Source of the DNA: an uncultured Acidobacteriota bacterium | GTDB lineage: Bacteria > Acidobacteriota > UBA6911 | DNA: 64,000 nt | Direction: 5' to 3' | Assembly: GCA_963809485.1 (NCBI GenBank) | Contig: CAWEJX010000001.1 | Span: 416,001 to 480,000, forward strand | Part shown: positions 20,673 through 30,452 of the stretch, piece by piece | Layout: each line of letters opens with the position of its first letter | Position numbering within the stretch: position 1 is the stretch's first letter | The notes under the pieces: generated by a model | What the model saw: only the letters and a program-made list of their open reading frames with translations | The model's database searches: none | What the model was told of the DNA's origin: nothing | Made by a program: the position numbers and the translations under genes

Positions 20673-21893
20673 ATGAAACCGGAAGAGCCGCAGTCGATAG
20701 CAGGACAAGATCAGTCTGATCCAGGCGAGTCTCTTCCTCATACCATTGCAATAGATGTCACATCCTGCCTTGCCAGCAACACAGGAGTTGGCGTTAGCAT
20801 TTCGGAATTGGTGAATGCATTAATTTCAGCTTCCGAAACTGACAAGCTCAAATTGTGTGCCGTTTCGATCAAGAGAAACGCCGCTTCGTTGCTGCAAAAA
20901 AGATTCCCTCACAGCTCCGTCTGCGTCAGGCCCTTTCCATTGAAACTCCTGGCGCCGATGGTCGACCGAAGCAACTTGCTTAAGGCTGAGATAATTTTTC
21001 AGGATGCGGACGTGTTTCACGCCGGGGCCTTCCTGGTTCCAGCCAGCAAAAAAACTGCAATCGTGGCGACCATTCACGACATCACCCCAATCCTATTTCC
21101 GGACTATCACCTGCCCAGCAATCTTTATACTGTTCGGCAACTCACCCGCCGATGTGAGCGGGCAGACCTCGTCATTGTTCCTTCACACAGTACCCGCAAA
21201 GATCTGGAGCAGTTCGGGATTGTTCCACCCCAGAAAGTGCGAGTGATTCCGCTCGCGGCGGATGCGGCATTCAGGCCGTCCATAGAACGGCCCTCGAAGC
21301 TGTTGCCGGATCTTGATGTGGATTGCAGCTACCTATTGACCGTGGGAGCTTTGGAGCCGCGCAAAAACCTTCCCCGCCTCTTCGAGGCATTCAGGCTGCT
21401 CAAGGACCGCTATCATATTCCACACAAACTGGTTGTTGCAGGGCCCGGCGGCTGGAAAAACCAGGATGTTTTTCAAAGTGTCCGCCGCTTGGATCTTTCC
21501 GATGCTATAGTATTTGCCGGATACGTACCGCGCGAAGTTCTGGGTTCGCTATACCGCCATGCCGCGATGCTGGTTTATCCTTCCCTGTACGAGGGATTCG
21601 GCTTGCCGCCGCTGGAAGCCATGGCATCCGGATGCCCCGTTGCGGTATCAAACACTAGTTCTCTTCCGGAAGTGGTCGGGGAGGCAGGCATTTACTTTGA
21701 TCCCCTTAATATTGAAGAGATCGCACGGGCAATTCATCAGGTCCTGAGTTCGAGTGAGTTGCGCGCAAGGCTGGTTCAATCGGGGCTTGCACAAAACGCA
21801 AAATTTTCCTGGAGAAAAACCGCTGAATCCACGCGTCGAGCCTATAAAGAAGCTCACGCCCTTCGGCAACAAAGGCGCATATCCCATGCATAG
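20673..21893 (+). CDS. Glycosyltransferase family 4
   Basis: [23 protein letters not shown] motifs; start uncertain. Confidence 0.9.
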   Translation: MKPEEPQSIAGQDQSDPGESLPHTIAIDVTSCLASNTGVGVSISELVNALISASETDKLKLCAVSIKRNAASLLQKRFPHSSVCVRPFPLKLLAPMVDRSNLLKAEIIFQDADVFHAGAFLVPASKKTAIVATIHDITPILFPDYHLPSNLYTVRQLTRRCERADLVIVPSHSTRKDLEQFGIVPPQKVRVIPLAADAAFRPSIERPSKLLPDLDVDCSYLLTVGALEPRKNLPRLFEAFRLLKDRYHIPHKLVVAGPGGWKNQDVFQSVRRLDLSDAIVFAGYVPREVLGSLYRHAAMLVYPSLYEGFGLPPLEAMASGCPVAVSNTSSLPEVVGEAGIYFDPLNIEEIARAIHQVLSSSELRARLVQSGLAQNAKFSWRKTAESTRRAYKEAHALRQQRRISHA

Positions 21894-22456
21894 CCGGGAT
21901 TTCTTGCGGGATTCCTGGGTAAGCAGTGAATCTGAGCATGGCTGTTCGGGTTAGTCGTCGCAGGTTTCCGGTTGAAGGTTGCAGGTTTCAGTCATGAAGC
22001 CTTCAATCGAGAGCATGCATGCCCATATGCGGCTGCAGTAGGCAAGCTGATGGAAAAATGGGTGCCTAAAACTTTTAAATCCAGTTATGCAAATCACCCT
22101 ATTCGGGAGGCATAGAGCAATTATTACCTTGCGGATAGAGGCACATCCCCGTTAAAAAGCAGCCAGGGACTGGATGCGCAGGGATCGGGATGCGAAGAGA
22201 CATTCGTGAAAATAGGGTTGGTTTGGATTACACTGTGGCTTTGCGGACGGTGGTTTCCAAGGGACCATAACCCGGGGCGGTGCTGTCGAGCATAAATATG
22301 CGCAGCACAGAAACAGCCGGCCCAGGAACCATAAGGTTCAGAATAGCGGTACGCCCGTGCCAATCCAGCGCACCGACGGAGTGTCGTTCGCCTAAAGTAA
22401 TCTGGCGGCGTTTTTCGCTGCAAACGGGTCAACTCTTGGCTCATCAAATTCGAGTT

Positions 22457-23260
22457 TTGATAAAGAGCTTTTGGGAATTTCTCCTGACGCTGTATTATCG
22501 ACGTTTCCTCATAATAGAGATGGCGAAACGCGATATCGCGCAGAATCAGATCGGCACATTTCTCGGATTTTTCTGGACTTTCATCAATCCGCTTATTCTC
22601 ATTTGCATACTCTGGCTAGTCTTCAGCGTTGGGTTCAAGACGCCCACTCATAGCGGAGTAGCCTTTGTTGTCTGGCTTACCACCGGGCTCATTGTATGGA
22701 ATGCATTTGCCGAAATCCTGAATGGAGCAACACCTGCTATTCGGAACAATCCACATCTCGTGAAGAAGGTACTCTTCCCCCTCAGCATCCTTGCAGTCGT
22801 TAAGATGGTGGCCGCGCTCCTGGTCCACCTGGTGTTCCTGCTCATCCTCATCGCCTTGATCCTGGGTCACGGATTGCCGGCAAGCATCTGCTGGCTTCAG
22901 GCAGTATATTATCTCACAGCCATGCTGGTGCTCGCACTCGGCCTCAGCTGGATGACTTCCGCCTTATCCGTATTTGTTCGCGATGTCGGGCAGATTGTAT
23001 CGGTGCTTCTGCAACTCGGCTTCTGGGCTACGCCGATCTTCTGGAATCTTGAAATGATGCCGGATCGAGTTCGGCTATTGCTGAAGCTGAATCCGATGTA
23101 TTACGTGGTTCAGGGATACCGCGATTCATTCCTGCATTTTGTTCCCTTTTGGCACCACCCTGTTCTTACCCTGTACTTCTGGCTCGTGACAATGGCGCTT
23201 TTCATTTTGGGAGCGATCGTTTTTCAGCGGCTGAAGCCAAGCTTTGCGGATGTACTCTAG
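22457..23260 (+). CDS. wzm: ABC-2 polysaccharide exporter permease (Wzm)
   Basis: LGFFWTFINP, LVKKVLFP, RDVGQ, WATPIFW, LNP, FADVL motifs; start uncertain. Confidence 0.9.
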   Translation: MIKSFWEFLLTLYYRRFLIIEMAKRDIAQNQIGTFLGFFWTFINPLILICILWLVFSVGFKTPTHSGVAFVVWLTTGLIVWNAFAEILNGATPAIRNNPHLVKKVLFPLSILAVVKMVAALLVHLVFLLILIALILGHGLPASICWLQAVYYLTAMLVLALGLSWMTSALSVFVRDVGQIVSVLLQLGFWATPIFWNLEMMPDRVRLLLKLNPMYYVVQGYRDSFLHFVPFWHHPVLTLYFWLVTMALFILGAIVFQRLKPSFADVL

Positions 23261-23484
23261 AGAATGACAACCGGGTGCCCCTAAAAACCGTCGTCGCATG
23301 AGCGTGAAACAGCAGGCATGCCCGGATGCGCAGCCTTGGGAACAACCCATGGAAAATGAAGTATTGGGATATCGGGCGAATCGCCTTAAGATAAAGCATC
23401 TCCAGCAGATATGGAGAGTTGCTTCCGTTCGGATTACGAGCTGTGTGATAAACAGTCTCCGCAAGGAAAGGAGTTTTCGCAGGA

Positions 23485-25346
23485 ATGAGGCGGCTTGCGT
23501 CGGTTGAGGAGTTGCGCTCGCAGCGCTTTTGTTCATTCATGGCCCGTGTCCATGGATTTGCCCGTATCCAGGGCCTCCGTGTCCACACCGATTGCTCGAA
23601 AGCCTGGGAGTATCCATGGACCTGGCAATACCTCCGAGAACTTCCCTTCGAAGGACTTAGGATACTCGATATCGGCTCCGGCCTCTCCCCGATGCCGTGG
23701 TTTTTCGCGTCTCTTGGCGCTAGCGTAACCATGGTTGAAGCAGATCCTGCCTATGAGGCCAGATGGCGCGCGCTGAGAGAAGGAAACGCGTTCAATGTGA
23801 ATTGGCATGTCGCTAACGGGCCGGAACTTCCAGTAGCGTCGGATACCTTCGATCTGGCAACCTCCTACTCGGTGATTGAACATATCGGCGACAGAGAAAC
23901 AGCCATCGAGGAGGCAATCCGGATCCTCAAGCCGGGCGGACTTCTCTGCTTCACTTTCGATATCTGCGAGCCATCGCGCGGAATGAGCCTCCCGGAGTTG
24001 AACGGGCAGGCATTTGACATGGAATCTTTCGACCGTCTGGTCTGGCGCAGGGCCGACCTCGAACCTCTTTATCCGCCAGCGCAGTGGAATGACAAAGATA
24101 TTGAAGGATTCCTGGAATGGCATCGCGCCATTGCGGCGCCGCAATAATTATGTTGTGGGAGCAGCCGTCCTGCGAAAGAAGAAAATTCCCATTCGATCCA
24201 AAACAAAGGGAACGATCCGCGTACATCAGCTTGATACTGGACTGGGCGCCGGCAATACGGGAGACGACGCGATGTTCCTTGCCGCAGTCGAGCATTTGCC
24301 GGCCGATTTCAATTTAACTACGGAAGTTCATGCGCTATCAAGAACCAGGACGCTGCCGCAGGGCGTGCGCTACATTTAATGGACGACAAACCTGCAGTGG
24401 AGGAAAGCATCCGTCAAGCTCAATTGGTTCTAATAATGGGCGATACGCCCATCATGGACGCGTGGGGATTGGAATGGCCTTTGCTGTCAAACGCACCGAA
24501 GCTCGAGATTTTGCCACCATCTGGGCAAGCCGGTTCACGCGGTCGGAATCGGAGTCGACCGGCTCGAAACGGAAGGCGAGCGCATTTTTCGTGAATTTTA
24601 TTCTCCCATCGCCTCCTGGTCGGTGCGCTCGGAATCTTGCAGACGCGCATTGCAGGAGATGGGAGTCGCCGATGATAGAATCCACGTCGGGGCGGACTGG
24701 GCCTGGCTCCTGAACTGTCCAATCGACAAGCAGTGGGCAGCGGAGTGGCTGAGCCTGTGCGGCGTCGCAGACGGGAAGACTGAATATCGGCGTCAATGTG
24801 GTCAACGAAATGTGGAGTGGCAATCGGGAAAGGAAAAAAGCCTGTGCATCTTTGCTTGACCGGCTGATTGAGAAACACGACGCACAGGAATCTTTTCTTC
24901 TGTAACGAGTCGCGGCCCGGAGCATATTTCGACCGGGCGGCCTCCGATGGAGGTACGGCGGCTATGAATCATCCGTCCTTTCTTCTGCCTGATCGGTTTT
25001 ACATGCCCTCCGAGACAATCTCACTAATATGCCGTCCATGCAGCTGACGATCAGCCAGCGTTATCATTTCACGCTTTTTTCAGTCCTTGCCGGTGTCTAT
25101 CCGATTTCGATTCAGCGAGGCCAGAAAATGCGTTCGCTAAATGAAGATCTTGGCCTTCCCTTCGTTGGAAACATGGAATACCTTGAAGCAGCCGGCATCG
25201 AGCATGAAATCGAGGCCCTGCTGGTTAGTGCCGAATCAAAGCTTGAGCCCTTGCGATTGCGCAAACAACAGCTCAAAAAGCGTGCCGCCGGCAATTTTTC
25301 GCTGGTAGGATATCCGCATGCGGAAGTTTTGCCGGAAAGATTCTGA
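23485..25346 (+). pseudogene. SAM methyltransferase - polysaccharide pyruvyltransferase-like fusion broken by multiple frameshifts
   Basis: ILDIGSG and SVIEH methyltransferase motifs; GNTGDDAM, VGIGVD, SVRSESC, GADWAW and ISQRYH fragments in successive frames. Confidence 0.7.
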
Positions 25347-25760
25347 GGAATCGGGATTTGGCAATGACACAGGTCCAGGGTATTTAGCGGCCACGGTGAA
25401 TGCTCCCGTGGTTACAGTCAGCAGGATCGGAAACTGCCCGGCGTGCGTTCGCGGAGGCAAAAACCCCATTGCATTCTCCCGCGAAGCGCCCTGGATCGGC
25501 TATGCATAGGCGGGGCTTGGGATTTTGATGCGAAAATAGGAAGTGTACCGCTGGCGACGCAGAAGGCTTTGGACCGAATGATCGAATTACCTGAGGTTAC
25601 TACGGGGTGAATTTGCTGGATATGCAATTTGCGGCTAAAAGCCGTTTTGTGTTCCCAGGAATCAGGCTTAAAAGCATAATCCGGTGGATCTCCTGCAGAA
25701 TAAAAAACCCACGTTGCTCGAAGCTTAAGTTAACATTATGGCTTTGCGCGGAAGATCAAG

Positions 25761-26663
25761 ATGCGGGAATTGAAGCATCCCGATGTAACGATTGTGACTC
25801 CCTCCTATAACCAGGGAGCCTTTATAGAGGAGACGATTCTCAGTGTCCTGAGCCAGGAGGGTGTGAGCATCGAATATAGGGTCATGGATGGAGGATCCAC
25901 AGACGGCACAATAAGGATTCTGGAGAAATACGCTGGCCGCCTGGAGTACGTTTCGGAAAAAGACAAAGGGCAGGCCGACGGTATAAACAAGGGGCTACAA
26001 AACCTGAGCGGCAGGATATTCGCCTATATTAATTCGGACGATATCTATCTTCCCGGCGCAGTAGCCAAGGCGGTTCATTATCTCGATGCTCATCCCGAAA
26101 TGGCTATAGTCTACGGCGAGGGATATCATATGGACGCTCAGGGCAGGTTTCTGGAGCGCTATGGCACCGAACCATTTGATTTCCGCCGACTTGCGGAAAT
26201 CTGCTTTATATGTCAGCCAACGGTATTCATTCGCCGCGAAATGCTTTCTGCCATCGGCTATTTTGATGCGAGTCTTCAATACTGCCTGGATTACGACTAC
26301 TGGATCCGTGTCGGCAAGCGTTTCTCTATCGGCTACATCCCCGAGTATCTGGCAGCTTCGAGACTTCATTCCGGCACCAAGACGCTCACCAAACGCGTCG
26401 AGGTCCACGAAGAATCCCTGCTCACGATCAAGCATCATTACGGGCACGTGCCTGGGCGCTGGATAGCAGCCTGGGCGCATGCTTGGCTGGGGAGGCGCCT
26501 CTCCAGAGAAGGCTGGGTAAAGGAGCGGGCCTTCTGGGTTCTCGTGCGTCTCGTTTTCCTCGCGAAATACATCTCCGTCAACCGAAATGTGCCGATCGAC
26601 GATTTCATCAAGCAACTGAGGCGCAAAAACTTTTGGCATTCAGACACCACTGGAGCGGCATAA
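25761..26663 (+). CDS. Glycosyltransferase family 2
   Basis: IVTPSYNQ, DGGSTD, INSDD, DYDYWIR motifs. Confidence 0.92.
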   Translation: MRELKHPDVTIVTPSYNQGAFIEETILSVLSQEGVSIEYRVMDGGSTDGTIRILEKYAGRLEYVSEKDKGQADGINKGLQNLSGRIFAYINSDDIYLPGAVAKAVHYLDAHPEMAIVYGEGYHMDAQGRFLERYGTEPFDFRRLAEICFICQPTVFIRREMLSAIGYFDASLQYCLDYDYWIRVGKRFSIGYIPEYLAASRLHSGTKTLTKRVEVHEESLLTIKHHYGHVPGRWIAAWAHAWLGRRLSREGWVKERAFWVLVRLVFLAKYISVNRNVPIDDFIKQLRRKNFWHSDTTGAA

Positions 26664-26978
26664 AACAACCGGTGAGGATCGCCCTGGATGTCAGTTTGGT
26701 AATTCGATAGTTAAGGGGATGTCACCTTTCATTTATTGTTGCCGGCGGACGATGATATTATTTTCACCGGCGCCGGCTTCCGGCCGGCTTCAAAACTGAT
26801 GTCATGGTGAGGCTGACATTCACGGCTCGACCATGCCAATAAGCATTGGGTATGGGTGGCGCGAATCGCTTCCGAAAAACATGAATGTGACTTTGGCTAA
26901 TGATCCGCACAGTCTATCGAGGCCAGATACGGTAAAGGCTGATATCAATGAATGATTGTCCCGTGGTGGTATCGCGCA

Positions 26979-27376
26979 GTCAGGTACCTCCGGCAAAGCC
27001 GGAGGCTTGATAGATTTGAACCGCTCAAAGCGGTTGGAGGAGTTACCCCGGTCTTGAACGCTGACTTACGCGGGCAAAAGCCGATGAGGCGCTTCCGATC
27101 CCCGCAGCGGCCAGCGCTCCGCGCTGGACAGTTTTCTGCGGCGGCACTGTGGCAAGCGCCGTGCGGCAAGGAGATGAAGGGTATGAGAAACCGGGCGTTT
27201 GCCACAGTGCCGCCGCAGAAAACTCCATCGGAAGCGCCTCATCGGCTTTTGCTCGCCGACCCTCGACGAACAAATCGGCGTTTGTCAGCGCTTTTGTCAG
27301 CGTTTCTCAGCGTTTCAAATTACGGAACTGTCAAACTCTTTGAGTCCCCCGGCAGAGCCGAGGGTTTACCAATGGA
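26979..27376 (-). mobile_element. Non-autonomous IS200/IS605-type element with fold-back interior, copy 1
   Basis: Subterminal hairpins CCTCCGGC-AAA-GCCGGAGG and CCCCGGC-AGA-GCCGAGG; four copies in window; no target duplication; no transposase. Confidence 0.8.
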
Positions 27377-27412
27377 ATTACTGATGAATGCAGCATTTCT
27401 GATAGTGAATGA

Positions 27413-29065
27413 ATGACTATTAAAGATAAAGAAGCAATTGATTTCGCAAAATGCCGCAACGTGCTGATTCCCCGCCTGGATACTTTTGGCGACATTGTGT
27501 TGCTGCAGGGATTTATTGCTGCGCTGCTCGAATATCTTCCTGAAGCCCGGATTACACTCCTGGTACGCCAGGGATACGAGCAACTGGCTTCCATGTTTCC
27601 CGGGCGTTTGCTTTGGAAAACCACACGGATTCATCCATACCGGAAGCCGTACGATTATCAGGAGATAAAATCATTTCTGGAGGAACTGAAAAAGGAGTCT
27701 TACGACCTTCTGTTGACCACAACCTATAACCGCACCTGGCCGGACGACTTGCTGGCCCTGGCATTAGCGGATTCACAGCGGGTGGCCATCGGCGACCCGC
27801 AACCCATTTCTCCCGATGCAGCGGAGGTTTGGGCAAAGTATGGCGGTATCCCCAATGAAGGACACTATGATTTATGGGTTCCCGTGGAAGGAAGGATCCA
27901 CGAGACAGAAAAATATCAGTCATTGTGGAGTAAAATCGCCCCTGGAAGCAAATCTATCCCGCAGCCGCATTTGATTATTCCGCAAGAGGAAAGCAACCGG
28001 GCAAGCGATGTAATTGCCCGTGCCGGCCTTAAAGAAGGAGAATTTGTTTTCTGTTTCCCGGCCGGCGTCGCCAATATCAAAACCAAGGTATGGCCGGCGA
28101 ACAACTACGCCGAGGTCATCTATCGCCTCGAAAAAAATCATTCCTTGCGATCCCTTGTCGCGGGTCATGTGTCGGAAAAAAGCATAGTCGATGAAGTGGT
28201 TGGACTTGCCAGAAAGCTTGGGGCGAATGCGGCTGGATGGTTGGGCACCGACGGCAACATTTCTCTTGCTGGGGCATTGGCGGATAAATCCCTCTTTTAT
28301 TTTGGAAATGATACGAGTTTGATGCATATGGCCGCAGCACTGAAGAAACCCGTGGTAGCCATATTCGGAGGTGGAACATGGCCAAGGTTTTTGCCGGCAG
28401 CAAAAATCAGTCGTGTATTCACAACGTCAATGCCGTGCTTTTATTGCATGTGGAATTGCATTTTTGACCGGCCATTTTGCATCAATTGGGTAAAGGTGGA
28501 TATTGTCGAGAAAGAAATGGCCGTTGTATTGGAGGAAATACACACCGGGAACGGAACTGGCAAAGTATTGCAGCAGCATCCCGATAGTCTGCAGTCGATA
28601 CAAATTCTTGAAAAGTCCGTGGAATGCCTCATGGCGGAAAAAGATAAGCTAAAAATCAGTGAAGCGGACCGGGCGGCGCGGCTGGAGGTGATCCACGGGC
28701 AGCAGAATGCCTTGGACAGTCTGCGCCAGCAGCTGGAGGCGTCGGAAGCCGATCGGGCGGCGCGGCTGGAGGTGATCCACGGGCAGCAGAATGCCTTGGA
28801 CAGTCTGCGCCAGCAGCTGGAGGCATCGGAAGCCGATCGAGCAGCGCGGCTGGAGGTGATCCACGGGCAGCAGGAAGCGCTGGACAGCTTGCGCCAGCAG
28901 CTGGAAACCTCCGAAGCAGACCGAGCGGCACGGCTGGAGGCGATCCGGGAGAAGGATGAACAACTGATAAAAGCCAGCGATGAATACAAGCGACTCCGTG
29001 AAGGCTATTCCTATAGGATCGGCCATTTGATTTTATGGCCGCTAAAAAAAATATTGAATAAGTAG
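27413..29065 (+). CDS. Glycosyltransferase family 9 with C-terminal repeat coiled coil
   Basis: RLDTFGDIVL, KVWP, GNDTSLMHMAAA motifs; C-terminal YSYRIG..WPLKK. Confidence 0.85.
   Translation: MTIKDKEAIDFAKCRNVLIPRLDTFGDIVLLQGFIAALLEYLPEARITLLVRQGYEQLASMFPGRLLWKTTRIHPYRKPYDYQEIKSFLEELKKESYDLLLTTTYNRTWPDDLLALALADSQRVAIGDPQPISPDAAEVWAKYGGIPNEGHYDLWVPVEGRIHETEKYQSLWSKIAPGSKSIPQPHLIIPQEESNRASDVIARAGLKEGEFVFCFPAGVANIKTKVWPANNYAEVIYRLEKNHSLRSLVAGHVSEKSIVDEVVGLARKLGANAAGWLGTDGNISLAGALADKSLFYFGNDTSLMHMAAALKKPVVAIFGGGTWPRFLPAAKISRVFTTSMPCFYCMWNCIFDRPFCINWVKVDIVEKEMAVVLEEIHTGNGTGKVLQQHPDSLQSIQILEKSVECLMAEKDKLKISEADRAARLEVIHGQQNALDSLRQQLEASEADRAARLEVIHGQQNALDSLRQQLEASEADRAARLEVIHGQQEALDSLRQQLETSEADRAARLEAIREKDEQLIKASDEYKRLREGYSYRIGHLILWPLKKILNK
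28658..28945 (+). repeat. 84-bp coding tandem repeat, about 3.4 units
   Basis: Units start at 28658, 28742, 28826 and 28910; encode SEADRAARLEVIHGQQxALDSLRQQLEx. Confidence 0.95.
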
Positions 29066-29150
29066 CAAATATATCGCCGCTGCATTGGAGTCTACCTCGG
29101 TATTATTTGGCAGAGCGGAAATCGCGATATGATAATAAAAAGGATCCCCT

Positions 29151-30266
29151 ATGTACTGTTTCACCTCCATTATCAATAATTACCTCCCCAAGGCACGGAT
29201 CCTCGCCACTTCCCTGAAAATTTTTCATCCGGATTGGAAGTTTGTCCTGGTTGTTTGCGAACCATTGCATGAATCCGTCCAATTGCAGCATGAACCCTTC
29301 GATCAAATCATTACTCTTTCAGACCTGGACATTCCGGATTTGGAAAGCTGGATATTCAAGCATAACGTGATGGAAATCTGCACCGCCGTGAAAGGTCCGG
29401 CGGCTGCCCATATTGCGGCAAATACCAAAACCGACAAGCTGATTTACTTTGATCCGGACATAGCAATCTTCGACAGCCTGAGCAATATTTCGTCGCAGCT
29501 GGACATCTCTCCCATCATTTTGACACCCCATCAAACCAGACCAGAAATCAGTCTAAGCGATGTCTACAGCAATGAAGTCTGCTTCCTGAAACATGGCTCG
29601 TTTAACCTGGGATTTTTTGCCGTCCGCTGCGAAGGACAAGGCTGGGACTTTCTCAACTGGTATCGCGACCGCTTATTGGAATTTTGTTATATAGATCCCA
29701 ATCAGGGATTGTACACCGATCAGCGCTGGTGCGATCTTGCTCCTATATTATTCGACCAGCTTCATATCGATCGCGACCCCTCTTGCAACGTAGCCCGTTG
29801 GAACGTGTCCCAGCGCCGTCTGTCCAAACATGACTCCCAGAAATATCTGGTGGATGGAACCCTGCTGAAGTTCTTCCATTTTAGCGGCTTCGATTCAGGA
29901 CAAGGCGAGAAAGAAATAGGCAGATATGCAACGAAAGACGACTGTGTATTCGAGCTTTGGGATTGGTATGGGAAACAACTGGAGAAGCACGGACAGTCCG
30001 GCTTCGAAAAAATGGAATGGAAATATGATCGGTTTGACGATGGAAGGGAAATTACCCGGGAGATGAGATTATGCTATCGGGAAAGGAAGGATCTCCAGGA
30101 AGCCTTCCCCTTTCCATTCGGCAGCAACAGTAAATATGGATCCTTTAGCGACTGGTATGCCAAAAACGGGAACGCAATCTACGACGGTCCCGGGTGGCGG
30201 CAGAATGTTCATCGGTTTGTTGACAGATTCATCGATGGGATCAACAACATGCGCCGGCGCAACTGA
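29151..30266 (+). CDS. Putative glycosyltransferase (GT-A fold)
   Basis: NYLPKA, CTAVK, YFDPD, LTPH, DQRW, FHFSG motifs. Confidence 0.75.
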   Translation: MYCFTSIINNYLPKARILATSLKIFHPDWKFVLVVCEPLHESVQLQHEPFDQIITLSDLDIPDLESWIFKHNVMEICTAVKGPAAAHIAANTKTDKLIYFDPDIAIFDSLSNISSQLDISPIILTPHQTRPEISLSDVYSNEVCFLKHGSFNLGFFAVRCEGQGWDFLNWYRDRLLEFCYIDPNQGLYTDQRWCDLAPILFDQLHIDRDPSCNVARWNVSQRRLSKHDSQKYLVDGTLLKFFHFSGFDSGQGEKEIGRYATKDDCVFELWDWYGKQLEKHGQSGFEKMEWKYDRFDDGREITREMRLCYRERKDLQEAFPFPFGSNSKYGSFSDWYAKNGNAIYDGPGWRQNVHRFVDRFIDGINNMRRRN

Positions 30267-30452
30267 TATTTTGCCCATGCAAAAATCAGGGAGACTTCCT
30301 CGCAAATCATTGGCGGCATGCTTTGCGGATATTGACCGGAAGACGGCTGGATCGAGGATTGAAAAGGCCATAGGGTTCAGCAAATCGCCTGCCCTGCCGC
30401 AAGAATGCATATTGTTGCCTATCGCGACCATGAGGGAGCCCTAACCCGAAAT

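Noticed and set aside
21960-21992. Short GCAGGTTTC-type repeats
   Set aside because: Only two or three degenerate units, with no associated gene or structure
26952-27416. Recurrent ~155-aa ORF (also 35824-36309 and 56796-57272) as a protein family or transposase
   Set aside because: No HUH/Y1, RuvC or HNH motifs; starts lie in unrelated flanks; broken in copy 3; better explained as an open frame through a GC-rich palindrome
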